From Phaeosaccion multiseriatum (taxonomy: Eukaryota; Protista; Ochrophyta, other classes), in contig OZ218957.1 in assembly GCA_965112735.1 (NCBI GenBank), positions 868,001-932,000 on the forward strand: a DNA stretch of 64,000 bases, in the 5' to 3' direction. Each line of letters starts with the position of its first letter. The stretch's first letter is position 1. Below are positions 8,776-23,182 of the stretch, in pieces. A model generated the notes under the pieces. It did not search any database, had not been told where the DNA came from, and worked only from the letters and a program-made list of their open reading frames with translations. Made by a program: the position numbers and the translations under genes.

Positions 8776-10336
8776 CGATGGTCGCAAAAGATGTGCACTT
8801 TCTGTGCCCCGACCAAAGCGTACTCGTTCTGGATCAAGCCTCGGAGTGTCGCGTCTCCTTCCTTGTCGATGGTGGCACGCCTCAGCTCTGCGCCTTCAAA
8901 GGCGCCTGAGCCGAAGGCCACCGGGATGTGGTTCATCTCATGTACCGGAAGGCACAGCTCTTTGGGGTCTATGTATGTAATCATACATCCCCAGTAGAGA
9001 TCACTAGCATCTGGGAATACCAGTGCCAGTTTGGTTGGGTCTGGGTGCGACAGCACCGTGTTCTGTGCAAGAACGCGCTTGATCTGGAAGAAAGCGTCGT
9101 CGTGCTCTGTGTCCCACCCCACAGAAGCCAATGGAATCGTCTTGGCCACTGCCTTGGAGCGCTTGTGCTGATGAGGCTTAGCGTTAGCCTGCCCGAGGGC
9201 TTTGTTCAACAGCGCGTTCAAAGGACCCACTAGCTTAGCGAAGTCCTTGATGTATCGATGAAACCACTGCAGGCTGCAGAGGAAGGTCATCAAATCTCCA
9301 GCCGTCTCTGGGGCCGCGAGACTGGTCAGGCCCTGCACTCTGGCGGGGTCATGTCGTGTGCCGCGTCGGTCGTGCACGCGGCCTAGGAACTTAAGCTCTT
9401 TGCCGAAGCGGAAGGAGCTCAATCCTATCTTGATGTTGGCGCTGTGGAGGCGCTTCATCGTCAGTCGAGTGAGACTCACCATCTCCTCTCCCACCTTTGC
9501 CCAGTACGCTACGTTGTCAATGTAGACGGCGTGGGTCTTGCACAACTCTTTGCGAAAGAGGTGGGTCATCTGGCCTTGGACGTAAGCTCCCGAGTTCTTA
9601 GCCCCCTGGGGTACTCGAGTTGGCGTCACTTTGCCATTTGGGAATATATAGGTGTGAGCAACTTGGCTCAACTTGCCTAGTGGGAATTGCCAATACATGT
9701 CAACCCCATCTATCTCGATGAACCATAGGCAACCCAACATGGAGGCTACGGCGTCTTCAATGTTCATCATCCCAAAATCGACCTTCTGTACCTTTTCATT
9801 GACTTCGCGAAAGTCGCAGACGATACGGTACTTGCCTGGCTTGCCGGGTTTGCCCACTGCAAACGCCGGGCTGCCATGAGCGCTCTGCGGGTTGCTATAA
9901 CCCAGGCCTTTGTCTATCAACTTGTTGCAAAAGTCATTTACAAAAGCACCCTTTGCGCCTTGTTGCCTTATGGGGAGACGGGAGCTCGGTACCTTATTGG
10001 TAAACGTCACCTCCATTGGCTCCACGTTAGCGGGGCCGTCGCTAAAGAGCAACTCTTCCCGCCACACGTCGAACTCTAAGAGAGCTTCCGAGCTTCCATC
10101 ATTGGCTCTCTCAGCTCCGCAGGGAAATCATGATCAGTGATTGCTTTGTCCACAATGGGACCTAGCACCTCTCTACGGCGTGCCTCAGAAGGGGGAACTC
10201 CCTCTGATGGCCCTTGAATAGTATCCGGTACACCTTCACACTCTTCACGGTCTTTATTATTAAGCGGTTGGCCGCCAATGGCGCTAACCTCTGGTGCCTC
10301 TGCACTGGCGACAGGAGGGGGGCTCTCGGCCGCAAC
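8776..10336 (-). pseudogene. B reverse transcriptase-RNase H (truncated, probably inactive)
   Basis: KYRIVCDFREVN, RVPQG, YIDN (YxDD variant), LKFLG; RNase H PDAS / KEG / CDHR. Cut by D right after CDHR. Confidence 0.9.
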
Positions 10337-10670
10337 TGTTAGAAGTCGTACTTTTGCTAGACTGATACCTGCCCTCTGAATTCAGACCGGGAGGTATCAG
10401 TCTAGCAAAAGTACGACTTCTAACAGTTGCGGCCGAGAGCCCCCCTCCTGTCGCCAGTGCAGAGGCACCAGGCGAAAACTGTTACCAGCTTGCTGGCCCA
10501 TGATGCTGATTCTCAGACTGCGAGTTACTTCTCTCCACTATGTGCGGTGGGGGGGGGGGGTTCGTCTTCTAGCAACGGTCTTGTTAGAAGTCGTACTTTT
10601 GCTAGACTGATACCTCCCGGTCTGAATTCAGAGGGCAGGTATCAGTCTAGCAAAAGTACGACTTCTAACA
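10337..10670. mobile_element. Composite insertion: D (10337-10425) + 46-bp inverted copy of flank + ~110-bp copy of 8576-8686 + D (10582-10670)
   Basis: Flanked by CAAC on both sides (10333-10336 / 10671-10674). Removing it restores GAQEVAAESPPP in B. Confidence 0.8.
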
Positions 10671-12473
10671 CAACCTCCTGCGCTCCTACCCCCAATACTT
10701 GTACGGGGAAGTTGCTTGCCTCAAAATCAGCATAGTCTTGGATGGTCTCAACGCCCATAGAACACACGCTCTTCTCAACACTCTGCTGCTTAGTCGGGGC
10801 AGCCCCTGTCGCAGGGGAAGCGTCGTCACGCTCCCTCTGCAGGGTCTCCTCCGACCGTTTCTCGTGCACTCTGTGCAACTGCTCAGTCAAAGACTCCAAG
10901 CCCAGTGCCTTATGCAAAGGCCGGCCCAGAATCAGTCTGCTGCCCAAGCTCTCAAGAACCAATATGGATCTGAACTCCTTGTCCAACTCCCTTTGACGCT
11001 TCCATGACTCAGCTCTATCTCAAGGTGACTGCCGCACAACACTTCGTTGGCAGTCACAGGTCCAGCAGCAGTGACGCACTCCGAAGGCTCACAGGCCTCT
11101 AGTACGCTTTCCGACCCACGTGCGAGCCAGGTCACCACCCATGACCATACCCACATCGCATCCGCTGTCAAACAGGGCTTGCGCCGACATCCGCACCTCC
11201 GGAGTCGTGTCATTCACGAGAACCACGCTCATGCGGTCTCCCGTGAGGTCCATAGCAACTGGCCCTGGCAAAGAAACACCTGCCGCAGCCGAAGAAGATG
11301 AGACGGACGTCACCCCCGGTTTCTTCGCCTCAGCCTTCCTCTGCTCCCATGCCTTCTGTTTCTCTGCCTTGATGCGTTTCTTGTCTTCGGCAGTGGTTGT
11401 AGGGCAGTCGTCAATCCGATGCGGCTTGTCGCAGGCCCAGCACTTCGGAGTACGGGCCTTCTTCAATGGGTTGCTGGCTGTCTCTTTGCCCGCTGCTGTC
11501 TCCTTCGAGGAGGTCTCTGCACCCGTACGCTTTGGCTGCTGCTCCTGCTGCCACTTGCGCTTGCCGCCGGCACCTTTGCCTTGCCCACCACCGCCCCCCC
11601 CGCCGCCTCCAGATGCCCCTTGGTCACCCTTGAGTCCGGGAAGGAAATGTTCGGCCTTACCGCCGATACGCCGTGCTGCCGCTCTCATGGTGGCCCACTG
11701 GCATAAGTGTCTGACGAATTTCTCCATCCACTCCCCGTGATGCTCTCCCCAGTCCTTCTGTCCATCTTTGAACGCGTCCACCAGCATCTTCTCCATGCAT
11801 GGGTCATAATTCTTGATGATGGTGAGTAAGCCTCGCTGCATCCCTTTGGCAGCGTGCTTTCCGTTCGGACCAAGGAAATTCGTATCGGTGGGGTTCAAGT
11901 TCAGGTACTCCTTCCTTGCTGCCGACTCGTGAATCGCGCGAAGGTAGCAGGGAAGGAGTACCTGAACTTGAACCCCACCGATACGAATTTCCTTGGTCCG
12001 AACGGAAAGCACGCTGCCAAAGGGATGCAGCGAGGCTTACTCACCATCATCAAGAATTATGACCCAAGCGCGATGGTATTGCTGGCACATATACTGGAGA
12101 TTGTGCTTGAACTGAAGAGGGTCTGGGTCGTACACGATTACCGTCCTCCTGATGATCTCATTAGTAAGAGTGGCGTTGCCGTTGACGTCCTCCCTGCGAT
12201 TCTTCTTCAACCACCTCTCCAAGTAATCCCGTACCATCTTGGACGTGAGCTGAGCCTCCGACACTTGATTGGCGATGGCTATTCCAAAACGATGTGCCGG
12301 TTCGATGAGCTGCACCATGCTGGGGATATCCAGCGGCTTGCTTGCTTGTCCCTATCCCTGAGCGCGGACTGATCGTACTGCAGTAAGAACTCGCTGACGA
12401 CTTCCGCAGATAGAGGCGTCCGTATCTCCGGATAATGGGTTGGGTCCCTCATGATGATGCCTTGAACCGCCAT
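10671..12473 (-). pseudogene. B gag-protease (frameshifted, with internal fold-back)
   Basis: CWACDKPHRIDDC knuckle, ALFDSGC protease motif, LILGRP motif; ORF broken into several frames. Confidence 0.85.
11801..12065. repeat. Inverted repeat, 123-bp arms, 19-bp loop, in B gag
   Basis: 11801-11923 is the reverse complement of 11943-12065 with 2 mismatches. Confidence 0.9.
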
Positions 12474-12545
12474 GATGCCGCTCCTCCAATCGGTCCGAGA
12501 AAATCCTTCTCCAAAGCTTTTCCAAAGCGAGAACTAGTCTAGTTC

Positions 12546-12793
12546 TGTGCTAAGCTAAGATAGTAGAAACGTTGCGGGGTTTGGACTAAGTATATGCTGC
12601 GCCTATGGTGGGGCGTCAGTGTCCGTATTGATAATATATCTCTACTACTTGCTGATGCAAAGCTTGTGCCCACAAAGAGGAGGGTGAAACGCTAGAGCCG
12701 TTGAACCCCCTCGGGGCGTGCCTAGGAAACCGACATTCTTATTATACCCCAGAATGTGTGACCGGAAAACCTCAGGCAGGACAATCAACCACA
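12546..12793 (-). repeat. 5' LTR of element B (intact, 248 bp)
   Basis: Matches the concatenation of 2860-2935 + 5517-5647 + 8238-8278 with about 2 substitutions seen. Confidence 0.93.
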
Positions 12794-12934
12794 CAATTTG
12801 CGTTTCAGCACGCCCAAGGGGCCTGTCTCGACTTCGTGTCTCGACTTCGACGGGGCCCTTGGGGGTGCTGAAACGCAAATTGAGAGGAGGAGTCATCTCT
12901 GTCATCTGTGCTGCGCCATTGGCTGTGTCCATTT
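12794..12934. pseudogene. Continuation of element A protease fused to an inverted second copy
   Basis: 12794-12833 continues A on +. 12851-12934 is an inverted copy covering 2803-2859 plus the same downstream codons. Confidence 0.75.
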
Positions 12935-13397
12935 GACGGGGCTCCGCCTCAGCAGGTGCAGGTGGCGGAGTACTACATGTTACCTTTTTCAGATTAAAGC
13001 GTATCGTCCAGCCCTGAACGTCCTGTGCCGTTGTCCAGTCGGTCCTTGCCGAGACACTCCGTGTGGAGGCAACGAAGGCTTAGCTAATACGCACGCTCTA
13101 CCAACCTACTAACTACATGAAGCAGTACAATAGGACGCAACGTGGTGTAACAGTGGCTCCCAGCATCTTGCTTGGCTGGGTTTGGAAGACACATTCCTGG
13201 TGGTGTCATCCGATCTCTGGTAGCTGGTGGTTCTCAGCTGGTTGTCAGTCTTAAATGGTAGCTTTCGAGTGAAATGTCGTGGTGGGAGAGAGACTCAAAG
13301 GTGTCGTGCAACAATCTATAACCATAAAACAGCCAGAGCCGAGCGGGTGTCTTCGGGAAAAAAGTGTATTGGCGATCTTGAGGAGCCTGATATGGCC

Positions 13398-14900
13398 CTA
13401 GAGGAGGAACGCCGCAAGGCCTGCAAAGCCTGCTTCGCACCCACCCACAATGGCCGTGGCGCCCGTCATGAACTTCATGAGGCCCCTCCTCTTCTCCTCG
13501 ACGCGCGAATGGATGGGCGACACCTCGTAGTAAAAGTAGACGCCCGGCAGGCCCTTTCCGCTACCCGGATACACGTGAACAAAGTGCTCAACCGAGCTGT
13601 ACTGGTTGCTCTCCACTTCCTTGCCATTCAGGTACCTGTTTTGGCAGGGATGTGAGAGTGGTTTTGAGAGGGCGGGAGAGACGAACTTGACTGTTAGGAG
13701 TCGTACTTTTGCCGCGGATAGGTGTTAGTTTCTTAGGCAACGTGACTCTGAGCAGTGTTGAGGTGAGGTGGGAAAGGAGCCTTAGCGTTGGTGTTAAAAA
13801 GTCGTACTTTTGCTAGACTGATAGCTATAACAGTGGGCGGAATGACGAGCGTAACAGGTAGTAGGTAGGCAACTAGGAGAAGAAACTCACCGATAGGTGG
13901 TCGGTACGACTTTAGTGTAGTACTGCATCATGCCCTGCGAGTCCTCGGTCGTCTTGGTCTTGCCGTCCAGGGGGTATTTCACACCGGGGAAGTGCTCCCC
14001 AAAACTGCCGAGAGGAAGCACAAAACAGAATGTGGGGGCGGGAGGGGGTAGAGGTGACGGGGTGGAACAGGGTACAAGGGGGTTTGGCCTTCATGTTCCT
14101 GTGAAGCAGCTTCGGTACAGGAAGTCATACATGTCTCTCAGTGTGCACCGGTCAGATGAGGCATGTGTGGCTTGTAAGAAGACGTCCTTATGCTAGCCTG
14201 ACACCCATCCACTGTAATTTACGCCACCTAGCTACCATGGCCTACACCTACACTGAAATTTACGTGACTTACGTACCACGAGAGTGTACTACCGTAGGTT
14301 TTGCTAGGTCGGTCTGGAGCGTCCTTCCCCCCCGGGGGGCGGCAACGGGTTCATGAACTAAAACTGAAACTGAAACTGAAACTACTGCTTCTGACCTCTA
14401 TTACTGCGTACTACTGTAGGTGAAAACAACCCCCCCTTCTGTGCCCGAGTACTGTCTAAAAGATTGGCTAGTGTACTTTCTACACTCCACACCCCAGGGC
14501 AGACCTTGCTTAGTCAACATTGCTTGACGAACTGCACTCTTAACTCAAATTTGTGGTCAAACGGGGCTCAGAGACTGTGATTGAGATGACAGTGACCCAA
14601 CATTGAGAAGGGCACTTGCCATCCATCACCCCTGCCTCATGTCCTCCTCATCCAATCCCCGCCTCTTGTCCCCTCCCACTTCAACTCCTTCTCACCTGAG
14701 CGCGTGCACTGTGTGGCTCGAGTCGAAGCGCTGAAAGGCTCGCGCGACAGTGTCCGCCACGTTCAAATCTACGTGTGCGGCGCTCGGGTTTACCCTGCAG
14801 AGTCGGAAATCGCGCCCTACACTTAGTCTTTCCCAAATGACATACACACACGCGCGCGCAAAGAGAGGGACCCCCACACACAAACGTATACACACACCGG

Positions 14901-14940
<40 letters not shown>

Positions 14941-16356
14941 GGCTTCTCGCCTGGCTCTCTGTGCTTACCGAGTAGCGGGGGCAAAGTGCAGGTTCCCCTC
15001 AGACTCGCTGACCTCCACGCTCCCCGATATTCTACAGCCGTCGCTGCCGCTACCCGCCTCCAGCTTGTCCCAGCCACCGAGGGGGTGACCGTCGCACTGA
15101 GATATGACCTTGGGGTCGAACGCCCACCCCTTCTGGCGGTAGGCCGTCTTCACCTCTTCGCATGTGTTGCAGCACGCGCCGGGCGCAGCGGCTCCATAGC
15201 AGTTGCCGCACCCTCCACTGTCCAGTCCCATTCGCCGCCGCTGCTCCTCCTGCTGCTCAGGGGAAAGCAGCAGATCCTGCATACAAAGAAAAAACAAAAT
15301 CCGAGAGGAGGACAGACAAGTCAGACAGAAGAAAAGGCTTTCTTGAAGGTACTTTCCGCTTCTTCCTCCTCTCACTCACCTTCTCGTCGTTTAGTGTGTT
15401 CCCCAGCATCGGGTCCTCTCCTCGCTCGCTGTACTGGCCGGTAATAGCCCCTTGGGGGTTCAAGTGGAAGCGCCCAAGTACGTGGTTCGTGGATACCTGC
15501 TGATTCCCCGAAGAGTCCTCCACATCCACCCTGGGAGGGGGGGAAGAGATAAGAGAGGTGGTGATGAGTGATGAATGGCGTCCTAGACTGTTACCTCCCA
15601 GTGTGAATTTAGATGATAGGTAACACTCTAGGAAAAGTATGACTTCTGACACGTCTCTTACAGGAGGGATGAGAGGGAAAGAGAGGAAGGTATATACATA
15701 CCCAATGGATGCGCACTGCACGTTGTGGAAGGAGATATCGAAGCTGATATTCATCCCTTTCGACGCCATGATGGAAGACACAAACATGTAGTCCTGGCCA
15801 AGGGGAGGGGGAGGGCAGAAGCGGCAGGTGGGGGACACGCAGGCTTAGGTTGCCGGGGTGGGAAAAGAACCGAAGGAAGGAAGAAAGAACCGAAGGAAGG
15901 AAGGAAGGAAGGAAGGAAGGAAGGAAGGAAGAAAGGAAGGAAGGAAGGAAGAAAGGAAGGAAGGAAGGAAGGGAGGTTGACAGACAGACAGACAGACAGA
16001 CCGCGCCAGTCACGCAGAGCCTCCTACTGCTTTTCTTCTCTCACCTCGACCTGCACCTCTAAGCAGTACTTTAGCTCTCTCCAAAAGAGCAAAGCGGCGC
16101 AAAGGGTGGCCAGGGCCGTGAGCACTACACCCACAATAGAGCCTAGCCGAGAGAAAGGGAAAGTGGGAGAAGGGAAGGCGTTAGAACTATGCCAGGCAGC
16201 GTATCAGCGGCATCAGAGAGAAAAAGTTGGAGATGTTCTTCGCCCTGCCTGTTTGGCTTTCAAGGCTCGCCGGCAGTCCAGCCACGCACCTCTTCGGTAC
16301 TCCGCCTTGGGCCGGGCATAGAGGTCCACACCTCTGAGGCGGGAAGCAAGATCCAT
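13398..16356 (-). CDS. ERGIC3: ER-Golgi intermediate compartment protein 3 / Erv46-like (>=8 exons; 3' end uncertain)
   Basis: MDLASRLRGVDLYARPK, TM helix, CGNCYGA...CCNTCEEVKTAYRQKGW, GCRISGSVEV..GNLHFAP, FGEHFPG..PLDG, QYYTKVVPT, NQYS, LPGVYFYYEVSPI. GT-AG introns. Confidence 0.9.
13692..13832. mobile_element. Two degenerate D-family ends in an ERGIC3 intron
   Basis: TGTTAGGAGTCGTACTTTTGC at 13692 and TGTTAAAAAGTCGTACTTTTGCTAGACTGATA at 13792. Confidence 0.65.
15583..15651. mobile_element. Old diverged copy of element D in an ERGIC3 intron
   Basis: Colinear with D positions ~21-89, including the central GAATT core, with scattered substitutions. Confidence 0.7.
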
Positions 16357-16667
16357 GGCTCAACCGAGAAGGAAAGCCTCTTGCTCGATTCAGCCAGGCT
16401 TTGCCAGAGGAGGGGCCTACCCTCCGGCAGGTGCGAGCCCAGCAAGGCGGGGGCGCTTAGCAACAGAAGTAAGCCCTTCTGACGAACCACTCGTGCACTA
16501 GGATCGGGGAGGGTGAGAGGGGAGGGAAGAGGAGAGGGAAAGGATGATCAATGCAATATCAAAAAAACTGGCAAATGTCGATGTCGACACTAGAAATAGT
16601 GGTAAGCAGCGCCACAAGCCCCAAAAAAAAGTTGAAGAGAAAAAAACTATAGAGAGAGCGAGGGAGA

Positions 16668-19485
<2,818 letters not shown>

Positions 19486-20521
19486 GCTATTGCTCTAAGC
19501 TATTGCTCTAAGGTGGTCATGAGGCTTTGTTTGGCTCTAAGCTATTGCTCGAAGGTGGTTATGAGGCTTTGTTTGGCTCTGAGCTGGCTGTGGGCGTGTA
19601 GTGGCGCTGGCTGCTGGAGGGACGCATCGACTCAGGAGGGAGGGAGGGAGGGAGGGAGGGAGGGAGGGAGGGAGGGAGTGAAGTGAAGTGTCCGTAGCCA
19701 CATGCAGGAGGCACAGCGCTGCTTGTTTGCGCGGTGTGTGGAGACTCTTGCCTCTTGCCGGGCGGGTCATGCTTCAGTCTCTGCCTCTCTCTCTCTCCCT
19801 CTCTCTCGTCTCTGTCTGGGTCATTCTCTTTCTCTTCCCTCTCTGTCTGTCTTGTCTCCAGCGACAGCAGCAGCCGTAGCAAGAGCAAGCAGCGAACCAT
19901 AAGCACTGCTCAGCTACAGATTTCCATACACACACAGACACAACACACACACACACAACACACATAGATTCCAGATATATTTCCGTCCCCCCCTTCGAAG
20001 TTACGTATAGTAGAACAATGAAAATAAAAAAAAGTAAGGCAAGGAAAGGGCAAGGGAGCCCTGAATTTGTTGAGTCAAGGCGGTGTACTCTATTCATTTA
20101 TTGGTGGTGTAGCTCGGCCGGGCCGGTAGGCAAGCAAGCAAAGGCCGACTCCCTGAACCTTCCGAGAGGAGACGTGGGACAGTAATAACTATGAGAAAAG
20201 CCGGTGGGATGGAATTCCCGCGAGGGTTCGTGAGTCGAGAAGTGTCGTCTTCAAACTAACCGCGTCACAGGGCACGCTGCTCTGCCCTCGCTCGCCTTGG
20301 ACAGGGCATCTCGGCTGAGAAAACCAAACCACATACGAAGTAGCACCTACGCCAAGCAAGGCATGACAGCCGTAAGCAGCACATTGCCGCGTACCTTCTG
20401 CTGCCATCCATTGATGCTGTCCGATCCGCCCCTCCACTGCCCTACCCTACCCTACCCTCCTCTCGGAATTGGTGGCTCCTTCCACCCCTTGCCCGCTGCA
20501 GCCCACAGCAGCTGCTTCCCT

Positions 20522-23123
20522 TCAGGCAGCTAGAGAGAGATGGCAGCACATTGCGCCCTGCTTGCCAGCGCCGGCGCCGCTCCTTCCACTCCCCACTCTC
20601 CCAAGCTCGCTCCCCACCCCCTCCCCCCCTCGCCCCTTGCGAACAGACGAGGCAGGGAGGCAGAGCACAGAGGAAGGAAGTCGATACCCCCGAGCCATGC
20701 GGTGACATGAGCACAACATTCCTCGAATCAACGCAAAAGAAGCCTGCGAGCACTCCTCCTCCCGCCCAGCTATGCACGCCCCCGCGCCCCAAGACTCCTG
20801 CTCTGCGCTGCTCTGCTCTGCTCTTGCCTCCGTCCACACAGCGACGACCACCGACCACCGACCACCGACTTCCTTTGCCTGCCGCGCAAGAGGTTTTTGT
20901 AACCGTCTTCCCTTGCCTGCCGCCCAAGACCACTTGAACAAAAAACGCAGAGCTCACACACGACCTGCCCGCCCCCCCCCTCCGACATGTATGGGGCGTC
21001 AAGTAAGTCAACAAAGTCCACAAGCTCAAACTCAAAAGCAAAGGAAGGCCTTCGACAGCCCCCACCCCCTCCTCCAGGCGACGTGCCATTTTCCGTTGCT
21101 GTACTTTACTTTGCTGCGCTGTGCTGCCCGAGAGCCTTTGGGCAGCAGCAGATTAAGAGCCCCCCCCCCCCCTCGCACTCGTCCGCCTCATGTAGTCAGG
21201 ACCCACGCCTCTCTCAACGCTCACACATCGACGCCCCGCTCCCCTCCCCCAGGGTTCCGACCTCGCCTCACCCGTTACGGGTGGTTTCCCCATCCCGAAC
21301 GGGGCGAGAGAAAGATCGACCAAGAGAGAAAGAGAGAGGGAGAGAGGAAGGGACAGCGAGAGAGAGAAAGCGAGACAGAGAGAGAGAGACAGACAGACAG
21401 ACAGAGAGAGAGAGAGAGAGAGGCGCCTCAGGTAGCTGTCTGCGACACCTGCACGTAGGAGTGCGTTCGGGGTGCGAAGTTGATGTCCTCGCTGCCCGGT
21501 AGGAGCTTGGTGAGGAGGTTGGCGCAGCAGCCTTTGTCAAAGGGGTTGTTGAGGCGCCCTGACGAGTCCAGCAGGTAGCGGTATCTGCGCCAGTTCTGGT
21601 GCTCGTTGGTCGTCAAGCCCTGACTAATAAGACTACTGCTTGGGTGTGGGGGCGGGGTGGAGTAGGGGGTAGAAAGTAAGATAGAACGAGAAAGAGATAT
21701 AGGGAGACAGAGAGGACGATGGGGGAGGGGGGGGGGGGGAGAAAGAAAGACAGAACGAACAAGAGGGAGAGGATAGAACAAGGACGACAGAGAGGGAGAG
21801 GCAGAGAGAGAACGAGGGGAGGGGGGGGGAGAGTTCAGAGAGAGAGCAAAAGGTGGAGGACTGCAGGGCAAGTCCGCCCTCCTCATTGCAGCAGCAGAAA
21901 CCGCAAGAAATAGAAACCGCAACAGCAGAAACCGTAACGGCACAAACCGCAGAGCACAACAAAGGGTGCCGGTGAGGCGGCCCGTGTCCCGAAATGGGGG
22001 CTTCGCTCTCCTCTCGACACGCGACACCACACAACACTCGACATTAGCGAACGAAGCAACAACGGCTTGCAAGGAGCAAGCAATCAAACCAACCCCCTAA
22101 ACTACCACCCACCCAACCATCCAACGCAACCACGCCAACCAACGAACCTGTGATACATGACGAGGGTGAGCCCCATAATGCAGAACAAGCCCACGTACAC
22201 GAGGCCCACGGAAACCATCGCATCGGCCCCTACGGCGAACAAGTAAGCCCCACACGTGACCACATAGATCGCACATGAGATCAAGAAGCTCACAATGTAG
22301 GCGAAGAACCAACGGTAGTTGTTGTGGCCCACACAATTCCCTACAAAGGGGCAGTGGTGGTCGAAAGAGCGCACACACTTGCGGCAAACTCGGCAGTGCT
22401 TGGATCGCACCGGCCGCTCAATACAGCAGGTGTAACACAGGGGAAGCGCCCCATCGGGTGAGGAGGAGTCCTCATCCCCTCCTCCTCCCTCTGCGCCGTC
22501 CTGATCGCCTCCCTGCAGCAGCCGCTCTAATCGGGATTGGAATGCCTGTGTGTGTGTGAGAGAGAGAGTGTGTGTGTGAATAAAGACTTCAGTAAGTCAG
22601 ACACACACAACAGGCGTTGGGCCGCTCCGGAGAGCGGGGCAGACGCGTCTCTCAACACGCGCGCACACACACCCATCCACACACACACTCACACACACAC
22701 GCACACACACGCATCCACACACACACTCACACACACACGCACACACACCCATCCACACACACACTCACACACACACACACGCACACACCCATACACACAC
22801 ACACTCACACACACCCATCCACACACACACTCACACACACACGCACACACACCCATACACACACATACGCACACACACACACGCACACACACGCAGACAC
22901 CCATGTACGCACACACTTATCCTCATTCTTCTCCCCCTCTTCCCTCTCTTCCCCTACCTGTGCGGGGGGCGATGTGCTGCCCAGCTTGGAGGTGATGTAC
23001 CCGGGGTTGCTCTCGTACACAACAAAGAGCAACAGCGCAGAGAGCAGCTGGGTCACCATGCATGCCGCCACCAGAGAGCCATAGCCTGCGGCCAGGAACG
23101 GGTCCTGGGACACACACACAGAA

Positions 23124-23182
<59 letters not shown>

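Larger units (their letters stand above)
2860..12793 (-). mobile_element. Ty3/gypsy (chromovirus-like) LTR retrotransposon B, rearranged, integrase missing
   Basis: 248-bp TG..CA LTRs, 4-bp TSD CAAT (2856-2859 / 12794-12797), order gag-PR-RT-RH on the minus strand, PPT-like TTGGGGGTAG next to the 3' LTR. Confidence 0.92.
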
